A stretch of DNA of 64,000 bases. Source: Tetramitus jugosus. Its lineage: Eukaryota; Protista; Heterolobosea. Under the pieces are notes generated by a model that was not told the DNA's origin, made no database searches, and saw only the letters and a program-made list of their open reading frames with translations. Positions 31,440 to 42,538 of this stretch are shown here, one piece after another (the first letter of the stretch is position 1; every line of letters starts with the position of its first letter). The position numbers were made by a program, and so were the translations under genes. The stretch lies in the NCBI GenBank assembly GCA_937625935.1, contig OW569373.1:310001-374000 (forward strand). Reading direction: 5' to 3'.

Positions 31440-32982
31440 ATGTCATCCGCATGCATTGATATTATCGCTGTCAGGCAACCTGATGGATCCATAAAGACCT
31501 CTCCGTTCTTCGTCCGATTCTCTAATGCTTCTCCACGAACGCAAGTTGTAACGATTCGTACAGTGTCTCAACCTAAAAGTCAAGATGTCAATCCAGAGAA
31601 AGAGGAGAGCTCGAACTATCCAATTGCTCCTGATGTTTCGCGAGTAGATCACCCTCAAAACACCATGGAGAGTTTTATTAACAGATATATGTCAAATCCT
31701 ATGAGCTCAGGATCTCCGGTCTCTACTAACCTGCCCTTGTCAAAGCAAGATATAGAATCAGATCACCGTTGTGACTCTCCTCAGCAGGTCTCATCCCCTC
31801 TATCCCCTGAGTCCATATTGGAGACTGTGCAATCGGAACAATGTTTTATGCTGGAGAAGGGTCACTACTTTCCATCTTTCTTTACCACCAAAGGACTTAT
31901 GAATCAGGAGAGTGTCTTGTTCACTTCACGGAGAGCAAGCCGAAAATTAAGCATGCTGAAGCAACCTCAACAATTCCAGAACGAAGGTACAGATTGCCTT
32001 ACTCCTACTCCTGACTCTTCCGACGTTGAGTCTAGTCCTAGCACATCATCTAGTCCTATGACGCCCACTAGGAGTAAGCTATCATTCTCTGATCGGTGGA
32101 TCAGATCAATCGAAAGCGAAGCTCCCTCGTACGAACAATTGTCACCAACAAGTCAATTTGTGGTATGTTACACTTTATCTGATGCTCTTTATACTTCAGG
32201 AATCTAATGAAATTATTACCAGGAATTGTTGCATTTGTCAGAAGACGTGACACACATTGAGTTTGTGGCCAATGGAGAAACAATTCAAGGCAGAATATTT
32301 CTTTGGAACTACAATGACCAAATTATTATATCAGATGTAGATGGAACCATCACAAAGTCTGATGTCATGGGTCAATTGAAGACTCGGTTGGGACTGGACC
32401 ATACACATAGTGGCATAGCTCGATTGTATTCAAGATTTCAACGACTAGGATACCGAATTATGTATCTCACAGCGAGACCGATCACTCAGTTCAAATTTAC
32501 ACGAGATTACATTGACAATATCGATCAACATAGAGAAAGAATGCCACTAGGACCAATTATCTGCACCCCAAACACACCATGGAACTCAATTGCCCGAGAA
32601 GTGATTATTCGAAGGCCGGAAACATTCAAAATCCCAATTCTAAGTGCAATCAAAGTCCTTTTCTTAGATAATCCTTTTGTAGCTGGCTGGGGCAACCGAG
32701 TGAGTATGTAACATTCTAATCATCTATTTAGTCTTGACAAATCTCCTAACACAAATCTTCCACGCTCTAGCGGACTGTTTCAGTTATCGATCTGTAGGTG
32801 TGAGCCCTTCGCTCTCATTTCAAGTGAATCCAAGGGGCGAAATCCAAGTGCACTCTACCAATTCGCACTTTAAGTCCCATTCAGCTTTCGAATCAGTTTT
32901 CGAAACTATGGGTCTGTTTCCTATCGTGCATGATATTTCCTTGACCAAAAATCCTGCCTCTAATCCAGAGTTTCATTCCTAA
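31440..32982 (+). CDS. PAH1: Lipin/Pah1 phosphatidate phosphatase; exons 31440-32162, 32223-32703, 32771-32982
   Basis: N-LIP IDIIAVRQPDGSIKTSPFFVRF; catalytic ISDVDGTITKSD; YLTAR; spliced GWGNRVTDCFSY. Introns GTATG..AG at 32163-32222 and 32704-32770 keep the frame. Confidence 0.9.
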
Positions 32983-33586
32983 ACAGAGCATGGAATTCTA
33001 ATTTGCCATGTATTGTCGTTGTAAAGCTTTGACATCTGTTGTATCTGTGTGACGACAGGCGTTGGTATAAATATTCAAGCTCAAGGCCTTTGAAAAGTAA
33101 AAGTCGCTTGAAAATGGTTCCACTTTTGTTATCAGATTGGAAGCATAAACTTGTTTCTCTTCATGTTTGACACAGCAAATCCGTTGTTGACGTGGTTCCA
33201 AAGCACTTGCATATTCGGACAAATCCAAGAATAGTCATTTGTGCCGCAGACTTTTCTTGATTGGGAAACTTGACGCTTCCAAACACTCCAATAGCTCCCA
33301 AATCCACTCTTCCAAACGACCCAGCGAGAAAAGTGTGCGCCCACTCTACCAACTCTAAGAATACGAAGCAACAAGAAGCACAATAACGAGAGAGAAGGCC
33401 GTATCATCAGCTGGTACAACTCACAACAACATCAACAACATCCTTCCTCTCACACACTCACCAACAACACCAACATCAATACTTGATCAAAATTTGTCCG
33501 TGTGTGCAAAGTCGTCAGAAGAAGAAAAATCAACTACACCTTGAGAGAGAGAGACAGAACCAAGATATCCATTTTTCTACCAAGTG

Positions 33587-36481
33587 ATGCTCTCACTTTT
33601 TCCTCAACTCCAATTTTATCAACATGTTGACAATCACAACACCATCAACAACAATAATAACAATAGCAATGATACTTGTTGTTGTTGTTGTTGCTGTTGT
33701 GCTTGTGATTGTCAATCATCCTTTGATGAAGAATCAACAACAACAAGAACAACAACAACGATCACAACAACAATAATCACCATCACATCAACAACAACAT
33801 CAACAATCACAGCATGTGTTCAACGGACAAAACAAGCACTGTTCACAATCATTCACACACTATCTATTCTAGTATGGTCCGTCATTGTGTACTATCGGCG
33901 GAACACTCGACAACAACAGTACAATGATAACACAACAATCATCAATCATCATCACACTCGTATTGCTAATAATAATAGGAATAGCAGTAATAGTCGGAGT
34001 AGTAGTCGTTTTTATCAATTTATTTTAATGATTTGGATGTGCATGTTACTCATGTTGATACTGATGAATCATTTCTCTGCTGGACAATGGAGTGTTCATG
34101 CACATGATGATAATTCAAACACTGCTGGTAGTGCTGCGAGAAAAATGAAAGTTCACGAACAACAAAAGTACAGTCCTCTCAATTACTATATGCACATACC
34201 GAGTATGTTGTTGTTGCGCAGTGACACCAATGTGAATCGATTGGAGGCATACAAGGGAGTCTTGTGCCCACCAGCTCTCTTTGCTTTTCATCCTGTTCAA
34301 GCGAATTCTAGACCTGTTTTAACAGAGTATCCCACAATGGATCGTCCATTTCCAGTTTTGCAGAATGACGATAGTGGTAGTAGTGATAGTGGTAATAATA
34401 ATAATGATGATAATAATGATAATGATGATAGTGAACCTCCTAGCAAGCGTAAGCCATCTGGATCCGCATCGCCGTCACCCTCTCCATCTCCATCTCCATC
34501 AACGTCTACCTCACCCTCTCCATCTCCATCACCTGAACCTGAACCTTCTATATATGCATCTCCTTCATCATCTTTGTCAGAATGTCCTGAACCATCAAAT
34601 TCCGATACGCCATCACCCTGTTCGAGTAGTAAGCTCGATGAAGATGAAGACGAAGGGGAATATGATGACGATAGTGCACTCATTCATCAACCTGTGACGA
34701 ACATGAATATGATGCTGACTGAATTTGGAGATCAGACTCAACCAGTGCAACTCTTGTCATCGCATCCATGTTTCAATCAACACTCGAAACCAACTCTCAC
34801 AGCTCTTGTCAACGATCAGACGTATCGTGTCTCTTATGTTGCTGCCAACGCAGGAACAATCGACTACTCTCTTCATGTTTTTGATTATGGAATGAAGGAG
34901 AATGGAGGGTTGGTTCAATCGAACAAGTACTATCCTGAGAGTACGACTGGAGCACCGGATCTGAGCGCTCAAGGCATTCCCTTCTCCTGTCCCAATTGTG
35001 TTGAAGTGATATCGAAACGAGCACAGGCATATGCCGTACCATCCGCTCTCATGAATCGAGATGGAACATTGTTGCGCAGAAACAACATTAGTAACTCATC
35101 GGTTCTGTTCTATTTGGCCAATGCAGTTGATGTTCCAACAAGTCGCAGATCTATTGATCTTGTGATGCGCTCTTTTGAGTACAGTGACAAGATGATTACC
35201 AAGACGGATAGAGTAGTTGTGTCCTCGGTCGATCTAGGCGTCAAAAAATCGACACATTATGCAAATGAGCTAAAATGGAGTGAGATGAACACTCCCTTTA
35301 TCTCAATCGCTTCATCAAAACACTTTGAAGGGCAAGTGGACAGTCAACTGAACGCTCTGATTTATTCCTTCTCCAAATACAAGTACATCAAGGATATCTC
35401 ATCGAATGAGCTGGATTTCCAAGGAATCTCGTATCAGTGGTACTCTCTCAAGGATCCGAGCAAGTTGTCTGCGCCAGTGCTAGTCGATCCATTGGGTATT
35501 ACGGGCAGTGTTCAATTCGTACATCAGAGTCATGTCGTGTTCGCTTATTGGAGAACATCTCAGGAAAGCAACTTTATTGACGTTGTGTACACATATTGTC
35601 ACTACTTGAATTGCTCGAGTACAATTCAGACGAATCAAGTGGTATTGGCTACGATGAGACAGAATGTGTTCCGAATGACCAATCCACCTCACATCACTGT
35701 TGTTTTAAACGACACCGATGTGACCCGTTCCAAGGTGGTTATTACCCACCTGAGAGGTGCTGTTCTATATCATGTCATATGTGATTCGATTGATTGCTCA
35801 TCGTACTATAGAAAGAGTGCAATTGTTCCCAATTTCCCAAACAATTACGACGACAATATGCGTGTGGAGATTATTGGAGCTCAATTCTATCACTACAACG
35901 TATGGAATCGAACGACCAATATTGCAATGATTGCAACTGGAGTGTCTCATCCCCTTCTAGGCGTTACTGTGTATGTGACTCCCATCTCGAACCACACTGC
36001 AATCAAGAATCAAGTCTTCTCAGAGTGTACGTACTCGGCAGGAGACATGTGTCTAGCAGCACAGAACATGTTTCATTACTCTACTGATGTGTGCCAATCC
36101 CCAGATTCAGTGAAGCGAAAAGTAGATTTAAGAATCATAGCAATTGTTGCATTAGGTGTTGTGTGTGTTGGTCTGGTGGTTGTCATTGTAATCGCAGTGT
36201 TCCTCGTGCGTAGACTGTTCCTTCGAAGGAAGAGCAAGTCTCTCGCATTTGTGCCATCATCACTCATACAAACAATGAACACAAGCAGTACCCTGGGCAC
36301 AAATAATCGTCATTTCAACTGCGTGCCCTCTCAACCAAAGTTTGCTCCTCCTTCTTTGGATGACGACTTGGCTGCTGAGCAATTGACTCTTGATATTGAA
36401 CTGGGTGCCGTGAGCAGCAGAGTCGAGAACAGAATTCGGAATGAATCGAACTCTGCTCCTGCACCTCAAGAATTTCAATAA
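33587..36481 (+). CDS. Membrane-anchored surface protein with Ser-Pro repeat linker, unknown function
   Basis: Hydrophobic segments near the N-terminus, (SP)n tract, Cys-containing ectodomain, C-terminal TM followed by RRLFLRRK. Confidence 0.75.
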   Translation: MLSLFPQLQFYQHVDNHNTINNNNNNSNDTCCCCCCCCACDCQSSFDEESTTTRTTTTITTTIITITSTTTSTITACVQRTKQALFTIIHTLSILVWSVIVYYRRNTRQQQYNDNTTIINHHHTRIANNNRNSSNSRSSSRFYQFILMIWMCMLLMLILMNHFSAGQWSVHAHDDNSNTAGSAARKMKVHEQQKYSPLNYYMHIPSMLLLRSDTNVNRLEAYKGVLCPPALFAFHPVQANSRPVLTEYPTMDRPFPVLQNDDSGSSDSGNNNNDDNNDNDDSEPPSKRKPSGSASPSPSPSPSPSTSTSPSPSPSPEPEPSIYASPSSSLSECPEPSNSDTPSPCSSSKLDEDEDEGEYDDDSALIHQPVTNMNMMLTEFGDQTQPVQLLSSHPCFNQHSKPTLTALVNDQTYRVSYVAANAGTIDYSLHVFDYGMKENGGLVQSNKYYPESTTGAPDLSAQGIPFSCPNCVEVISKRAQAYAVPSALMNRDGTLLRRNNISNSSVLFYLANAVDVPTSRRSIDLVMRSFEYSDKMITKTDRVVVSSVDLGVKKSTHYANELKWSEMNTPFISIASSKHFEGQVDSQLNALIYSFSKYKYIKDISSNELDFQGISYQWYSLKDPSKLSAPVLVDPLGITGSVQFVHQSHVVFAYWRTSQESNFIDVVYTYCHYLNCSSTIQTNQVVLATMRQNVFRMTNPPHITVVLNDTDVTRSKVVITHLRGAVLYHVICDSIDCSSYYRKSAIVPNFPNNYDDNMRVEIIGAQFYHYNVWNRTTNIAMIATGVSHPLLGVTVYVTPISNHTAIKNQVFSECTYSAGDMCLAAQNMFHYSTDVCQSPDSVKRKVDLRIIAIVALGVVCVGLVVVIVIAVFLVRRLFLRRKSKSLAFVPSSLIQTMNTSSTLGTNNRHFNCVPSQPKFAPPSLDDDLAAEQLTLDIELGAVSSRVENRIRNESNSAPAPQEFQ

Positions 36482-36605
36482 AGACAAACTAACAAACACT
36501 CCTCGATTAATTTTACCAAAAGCATTTTCATTCAGTTCCATGTGATCCATAAAATTGAGATCAACAAACAAACTCAAAAAACCTAAAACATCTTGATCAC
36601 AAGCC

Positions 36606-38111
36606 ATGTCATTGAGGTTGTTGTTCGCCACAAGGAGGCTTTCATCGATGACCAAGCTCTCGTCACGATCTGTAGTTGACCTTCAACCGTGGTCTTTACG
36701 CTGTGGTCCCCTATTGACTGCATCAGCGAGTTCTTCATCTGGAATGAGGTTGTTTGCAACGGATAATAGGAATGCACCTCTCAAGATTAAGGCCATTTCA
36801 TTTCCCTCAACTCAAGAACAGGAGAGTGTTCAAACAGTGTTTCGGCAGTTTGCAGGAAAGTCCTTCTTGTCTCCTCATACGTCACTGAAGCCAGGTGAAC
36901 TCCAGAGGTATTATGTACCATTCTGGTTGTTTGAATTACATGTGAGAGTAGTGTTTGTGGGTCGATTGGGCACAAAGATTCATCGACGTGTGGGAAAGGA
37001 AGTGATTGAACAGATTCGTTGGACTCGAACACCGCCACTTACGTTTGATCACCAATTCGATAACGTCTATTGCTATGCTTCGACAGTTTTCGAGCGAAAG
37101 ATGGTCGAGAAAGCAGTAGCGTCAGGAATGAAGGTACCTGCTAGTCAATTGGAAAGAATGTGCGATCAAATACCACTCAAGAGCAGTGGTTATGAAGTGG
37201 ATGTGTATACGCTTGATTCGGATAGTGCCTGGGACTTGAGTCGCTATCGTACGATCGAGCCGCAGCTCAAGGAATTAGCAAAGAACATATTGTGGAACCA
37301 TTATCCTGGATATGACCAGTATGAAATCGAGAGCATGAACTTGCAATTCCTGGGCAAGATCACAAATGAGTTGGTATACTATCCGATCTATGTCCATACA
37401 TATCCGTTCTTGAATCTGTTCTGGCGCTCTGAGCAGTTGAGAGCTTTTGCGGATGCTCTTCATTTATCGCCTCAGAACGTCACAGGCTATAGGCACTATG
37501 GTTTCGTACGAACATTTGGAATCTCCTTGTTTGCAGGCAGTGTTTCTTACACGTTGTTTGATTTTGGAGTAGATCTGGCACATTTTTATCCAATCGTAGT
37601 GGCAATATCTGGAGTTGTTGGTATGCTTGCTCTCTATTCTCCCATTATCTTGAAGTACTTTCACCATTTTGATCGTGAGCGTGTTAATCGATTCATGGCG
37701 TCGGCTCAGATGAATCGAGATTACAAACGAACAGAAGGTGGACGGTACTATGAGTATGCGGAGCAAGAACAACAACAAAGCTACTATGACTACAACAGGA
37801 GCAGACAACAACAGCGGCAACAGAGTCAAGGCTACTCTTCCTATCAAGCGGGAGGTATTGAAACAGAAATTAAGCAGGGAAAGGACTTCTATACCATTCT
37901 GGGATTAGATCCAAAGAAGAGAGACTCTTACACTGACGCGCAGATTCAAAAAGCGTACAGAACAGCAGCTCTAAAGTATCATCCGGACATGCATCCCGAT
38001 CCAGCAAAGAAGAAGCAGATGGAAGAAAAATTCAAGGAGGTGAACCAGGCGTACATCATCCTGCAAGACACGACATCGAGAAGACAATACAACACATATG
38101 GTAAAAGGTAA
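36606..38111 (+). CDS. Probably mitochondrial membrane protein with C-terminal DnaJ J-domain
   Basis: Arg/Ser-rich presequence; two TMs; DFYTILG..IQKAYR..KYHPD..FKEVNQAY. Confidence 0.85.
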   Translation: MSLRLLFATRRLSSMTKLSSRSVVDLQPWSLRCGPLLTASASSSSGMRLFATDNRNAPLKIKAISFPSTQEQESVQTVFRQFAGKSFLSPHTSLKPGELQRYYVPFWLFELHVRVVFVGRLGTKIHRRVGKEVIEQIRWTRTPPLTFDHQFDNVYCYASTVFERKMVEKAVASGMKVPASQLERMCDQIPLKSSGYEVDVYTLDSDSAWDLSRYRTIEPQLKELAKNILWNHYPGYDQYEIESMNLQFLGKITNELVYYPIYVHTYPFLNLFWRSEQLRAFADALHLSPQNVTGYRHYGFVRTFGISLFAGSVSYTLFDFGVDLAHFYPIVVAISGVVGMLALYSPIILKYFHHFDRERVNRFMASAQMNRDYKRTEGGRYYEYAEQEQQQSYYDYNRSRQQQRQQSQGYSSYQAGGIETEIKQGKDFYTILGLDPKKRDSYTDAQIQKAYRTAALKYHPDMHPDPAKKKQMEEKFKEVNQAYIILQDTTSRRQYNTYGKR

Positions 38112-38137
38112 ATTATTGGTTTAATGTCTTGGATATT

Positions 38138-40087
38138 CTAAAGCCTAATGCTGTAGATCTGATCGGCCATGAGCTGTTTCACGTGATCCATAACATTCTG
38201 CTTTACTTGTGCAGAAACAAGTGGCAAACCCTCCATCCAAATTTTTTGAAGAGTGCGAGAGGATAACAAATGGTAAACACTGTCTTCAGTGAGCTGCTTG
38301 TTGCGTGACAAGAGAACTCTCTGCAAAGGACTATCGAGTAACACTCGAGCTCCTGTATCTGTGATACGATTGCCAATCAAACATACTTCCAAGAGTCGAG
38401 ATTGAGTCATTTGTTCACGATCTTGGAAATTGTCCAGTATGAATCGATCGGTAATGTTACACTCATTCAACGATAGTCTCTTCAATGCCAAGCAGGACAA
38501 TAAATGAGATGCTCCTTCATCTCCCAAGTTCGCATTATGATCCATTTCCATGCTCCACAAACGAGTAGCGCTGTCAAATTGTTTGGCCAACCAAAGCGCT
38601 CCATCGCTGCTTATACAATTTCTTTGCAGTTTGATTCGTCTCATATTGGGGCACAACCCCATATACTCCTTGCTTAATCCCTGCAAGCTAATCTTGTTGT
38701 CACACAGACTGATGGACATGAGCTCTGGACAGGCCTTCAACATACCCACCAATCCCTCGTCAGTAATACCGCATGACTTCATATAGAGCAGTTTGATAGA
38801 CTTGGACACGAGGTTGGCCACACCAATGGCACCCAAGGAACCAAGTTTACAACCACTCATATTCAGATGCTTCAATTTGGGAAGAACAAATTCGTTCTTG
38901 CTAGTTGCACTGATCAGTTTGGTCAGACGTGAGGTAATTTTTGGGTTGACTGCCAATGAAAGCTTTTCGAGTGAGGCAAATGATCCATGAGCATACGTGT
39001 TGGACTCAAAGAGACAACTTGCCAGAGCACTGGTCAATGAGCAACCAATGAGCTTCAAACTCTTCAAAAAGGGATTTGCAGCCAAATTTTGCAGAGTCTT
39101 TCGATCAGCAAACGTGCATCCACTCAAATTCAATGATACCATGGCTTCATTTTCACAAAAAGAATCCAAATCTGTTGCCTTAATCATCTGATTGGACAGA
39201 ACTAGAGTCTGAATACTTGAGTGAGAGAAAATTGATCGTAAATGACCACCAAGAACCAATCGAAGATCCACCATTTGTTCAGCAACCTTGGTGCCCAATG
39301 TATTCAGCTCTAAATAGCTCAAGTGATGCCAATGATCCTTTAGAACACCTGCTAGGTCAAACAATGGAGGAAGTGATGAGACTTGCATCACTTCATCCTC
39401 TCCATTTTCATTCTGTTGATTAGTTGCCAGTGCTTCAGCTTGACGTTGCAATTCTATACTCTGTAGCTCAGCATGCATTTCTGCATGCTCACCACTGAGA
39501 GAAAGCATACGAATAGTGATGTTTTGGAGCTGATCAAACATGGACAAGTGATCCAAGTCTTCTTCAGTGGCCACATGAGAAGAAAAGTGCTGTAGCTTTG
39601 GCTTACAATCATCCAATGATTGGATAAGCAAGGAGCTACTCTTGATTTGTTGGGACTCATTCTCTAATCTCACCAACTTCCAGTTCTCTCGTAGAGCAGA
39701 GAAAATGGCGGGACAATGATCAATGTCATCCAATCTTACGCTCAAATGAGCGGCATTCTTGAAAATACAGGAAAAAGAATCTTGAGCGCTCATGGCGCGA
39801 TTTTCATTTCCCGTCGTAGAAGCAGCGCCTCTTCGAATGGAAAAATGACAGTACAAAAAGTGAATTTCACGATTTGGATCGTCAGCAAAGTAACCATACA
39901 AAAGCTTGTATGCATTACTCTTGAGTTCGTTCACATGAGATTGGTCTATTCTCAAATAGGAGAGAATATAGAGAACCAAGTCAGCACTTAGCTCTCTCCA
40001 ATCAGCATTGTAGTTTGTGTTTGCTTCTCCGCTTGAAACAACTGTTTCAAGGGATTGCGTGTTTTCTTGTGTAGTGTGTAGCGACAT
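38138..40087 (-). CDS. F-box / RNI-like leucine-rich-repeat protein
   Basis: WRELSADLVLYILSYL; repeated LxxLxLxxCxI(T/G)DxG. Confidence 0.85.
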   Translation of the reverse strand: MSLHTTQENTQSLETVVSSGEANTNYNADWRELSADLVLYILSYLRIDQSHVNELKSNAYKLLYGYFADDPNREIHFLYCHFSIRRGAASTTGNENRAMSAQDSFSCIFKNAAHLSVRLDDIDHCPAIFSALRENWKLVRLENESQQIKSSSLLIQSLDDCKPKLQHFSSHVATEEDLDHLSMFDQLQNITIRMLSLSGEHAEMHAELQSIELQRQAEALATNQQNENGEDEVMQVSSLPPLFDLAGVLKDHWHHLSYLELNTLGTKVAEQMVDLRLVLGGHLRSIFSHSSIQTLVLSNQMIKATDLDSFCENEAMVSLNLSGCTFADRKTLQNLAANPFLKSLKLIGCSLTSALASCLFESNTYAHGSFASLEKLSLAVNPKITSRLTKLISATSKNEFVLPKLKHLNMSGCKLGSLGAIGVANLVSKSIKLLYMKSCGITDEGLVGMLKACPELMSISLCDNKISLQGLSKEYMGLCPNMRRIKLQRNCISSDGALWLAKQFDSATRLWSMEMDHNANLGDEGASHLLSCLALKRLSLNECNITDRFILDNFQDREQMTQSRLLEVCLIGNRITDTGARVLLDSPLQRVLLSRNKQLTEDSVYHLLSSRTLQKIWMEGLPLVSAQVKQNVMDHVKQLMADQIYSIRL

Positions 40088-40345
40088 TTTTGATATTGTA
40101 AAAGTGTAAAGTGAGTCATAAACAATTGTTGATTTTCATGTTTTTGATTCACTTTGCTGTAGTTGTTTTTTTCTTAATAGATCATGTTTGTTGTTTTGAT
40201 TGTTGTTGATGCTATTGCTTGTGTGAAAAAGTGGGATGACTTTATGGGTGCTGCAAAGTGCATTCCCAGGATGGAACTTCATCCTCGACCTGTACAAAGC
40301 GGTGACGTCATCTACGGGAAAAAAAGTTCGTCAAAAAAACTCTCT

Positions 40346-42235
40346 TTACATTTCAAAACTTTCTGTGTGAATGTGGAATCGTGTGCCCCATGCAACCTCA
40401 ACTTCACGACATGCACTTAAAACGTCGATCACCATGGATCCAGGTCCACAAACAACAACAGCAACATTCTTGCAGCGACCAACGCTCTTGGTTTGCCTGC
40501 GAATAATTTTCTCCCATGAGGGACGTCCAGCGATATAATCGGTTCGGGTTGGATCAGCTCCTCGTGTGACATAAGTTGTCACATGTTCTCTCATTGGCAA
40601 CAATTCAGGCAAGAGCTTTAAGTACTCTGGAGATCGAACAACCCATGTTAAATAAGTGTTTGGATTGTGGGCAGCGCAGTACTTTGTGAGTGAATTGACA
40701 GCAGTGATACCAATTCCACCAGCAAACAACAGAATGAGATCATAGTGTTCAACTGCTTTTGGTTGATTGAGAGGAATTGTGAGAGCACCGAATGGCCCAT
40801 CAAATCTTGCCATGACACTCACAGCCTTGTCCGTGTCTGATGCCAACCAATTGAGCTGTCCTGACCACGCTTCACTTGCACCTCCAGTCTCCTTAATGTC
40901 CAATCGCAACTCGATGGTAGACATGTCTGGCATGGAAACATCTGTGATTGAGAATGGATGACTCTCCCATGCAGAAATCTCCCAGACCCACAGATTGATA
41001 AACTTTCCAAGACACAGTTGCTTTGCCTTTTGTTCCAAGATGCGCAAAGGATCTTCGTTCAACAGACCACTGCCCTCATTAATCGATGCATCACTACCAG
41101 AGAGAATCAATGAACGATCACAGGTCAATATAGCAGTTGTCACACCAATATGTTCATGTGCCTTGATTTCACATTTTCGAACACTGACAAAATGATGACC
41201 AAACGACATGCTCATCACGCTCCAATTGGTAGCAAATGACAAGTATCGTATCAACACATCTGATCCATAGAGAACAATACCAGCGCCCGTGAAAGGTATC
41301 ATGAGCTTGTATGGCAAGTGCAAGTGACCAAAGATGAACACTATGATTGCGAGTACCACGTGACAGAATTGAAACGTGTTCCACAAGTGCCTTCGAATGA
41401 ATGGCAGAGACAAAATGGTCAACAAAATCATTGCCAACCACGAAATGATACCAGCCAAAATGTTCACCTTGATAAACAGATTCTTGTTCCAGACGAAAAG
41501 GCTGGTAAACTTGTCTCTCCGGTAAAACTCTGCCGCATAGAGAATGGCATGCAACGTGAGCAAAAGAATGTTGGAGAACCCTAACATGCGATGAAATCGG
41601 ATGGCTCTCTCATATGACACATTGAATATCCATGTCCAGACACTGTGTCTCGACACTGGCATCAAAATGAGAGAAAAGTTAAAAATGGTGGCATAGCCAA
41701 ACCCCTTTGCAACCTTGTTCAGCATGGTGTGAGGCTTACGCTCAAACACCAACCCATAGAAGAACCATGAGAACACACACGCGACATAAATTACCAAGAG
41801 ACACATTTCACCGACCGTAAATCCAACCAAATCGTTCACAACGGATGAGCGACTGGCGGGTAAAATATTTCTCTTAAACAGCCAATAATAGAGAGAAGAT
41901 TTGGCGCTTCGGTGTGACCTAGCAAATTGACTAATGATGAAACCTGACACAACAACAAGTCCCAACAACGAACCAGATACAATCCAATGAAATGGTGGTA
42001 TATCTGACCGTGAGAGTCTTCCACTATAAGTTCTTGTATTATTATTGTTGTTCTTGGCCTCCAAAAGTGATGTCATGTTTTCTTGATTGATATTCGACAG
42101 AGATTGCTGCGAAAAAGCTGTCGGAGTCGTAGTACTAGTGGAGAGAGATGCATGTGATATGACAATCAATAGCATGAGAGCACATAGCATAACATGCAAT
42201 GAAAATGATGCTTGGAAAAACCGCCGCAAAACCAT
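40346..42235 (-). CDS. Ferric reductase / NOX-family transmembrane oxidoreductase
   Basis: RFHRMLG..LH heme ligands, IRRHLWNTFQFCH, FAD motif HPFSI, DGPFG, NADPH motif AGGIGIT, CGP, terminal HTESFEM. Confidence 0.92.
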   Translation of the reverse strand: MVLRRFFQASFSLHVMLCALMLLIVISHASLSTSTTTPTAFSQQSLSNINQENMTSLLEAKNNNNNTRTYSGRLSRSDIPPFHWIVSGSLLGLVVVSGFIISQFARSHRSAKSSLYYWLFKRNILPASRSSVVNDLVGFTVGEMCLLVIYVACVFSWFFYGLVFERKPHTMLNKVAKGFGYATIFNFSLILMPVSRHSVWTWIFNVSYERAIRFHRMLGFSNILLLTLHAILYAAEFYRRDKFTSLFVWNKNLFIKVNILAGIISWLAMILLTILSLPFIRRHLWNTFQFCHVVLAIIVFIFGHLHLPYKLMIPFTGAGIVLYGSDVLIRYLSFATNWSVMSMSFGHHFVSVRKCEIKAHEHIGVTTAILTCDRSLILSGSDASINEGSGLLNEDPLRILEQKAKQLCLGKFINLWVWEISAWESHPFSITDVSMPDMSTIELRLDIKETGGASEAWSGQLNWLASDTDKAVSVMARFDGPFGALTIPLNQPKAVEHYDLILLFAGGIGITAVNSLTKYCAAHNPNTYLTWVVRSPEYLKLLPELLPMREHVTTYVTRGADPTRTDYIAGRPSWEKIIRRQTKSVGRCKNVAVVVCGPGSMVIDVLSACREVEVAWGTRFHIHTESFEM

Positions 42236-42538
42236 GGTTTATATCTGTATATGATGTGTGGTATAAAGATATAGCTTTTGATGTGTTTTTGTTTGTTGAG
42301 AAGGGAAGAGTGGTAGTTGTGTGGAATTAAACTTCTCAGAGATGGTGGTCACAACCTGGTGAAGAATACCCGAACTGGACGACTGTCGGCTCTTACTGAA
42401 CGTGTTTTTTTTCTTTTTGTGTGAATTTCTGAATTTCACAGGCAGGGGATCAGTTTTTGTCTCATCGGATAAATCGGGATTTCCTTTGAAAAATAGTCCA
42501 ATCAAAAACAAACAAGAAAGGACAACGGAGAAATCGAA

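Noticed and set aside
32998-33419. Short minus-strand ORFs between lipin and the surface protein
   Set aside because: Non-ATG starts, no motifs; probably promoter/UTR sequence.
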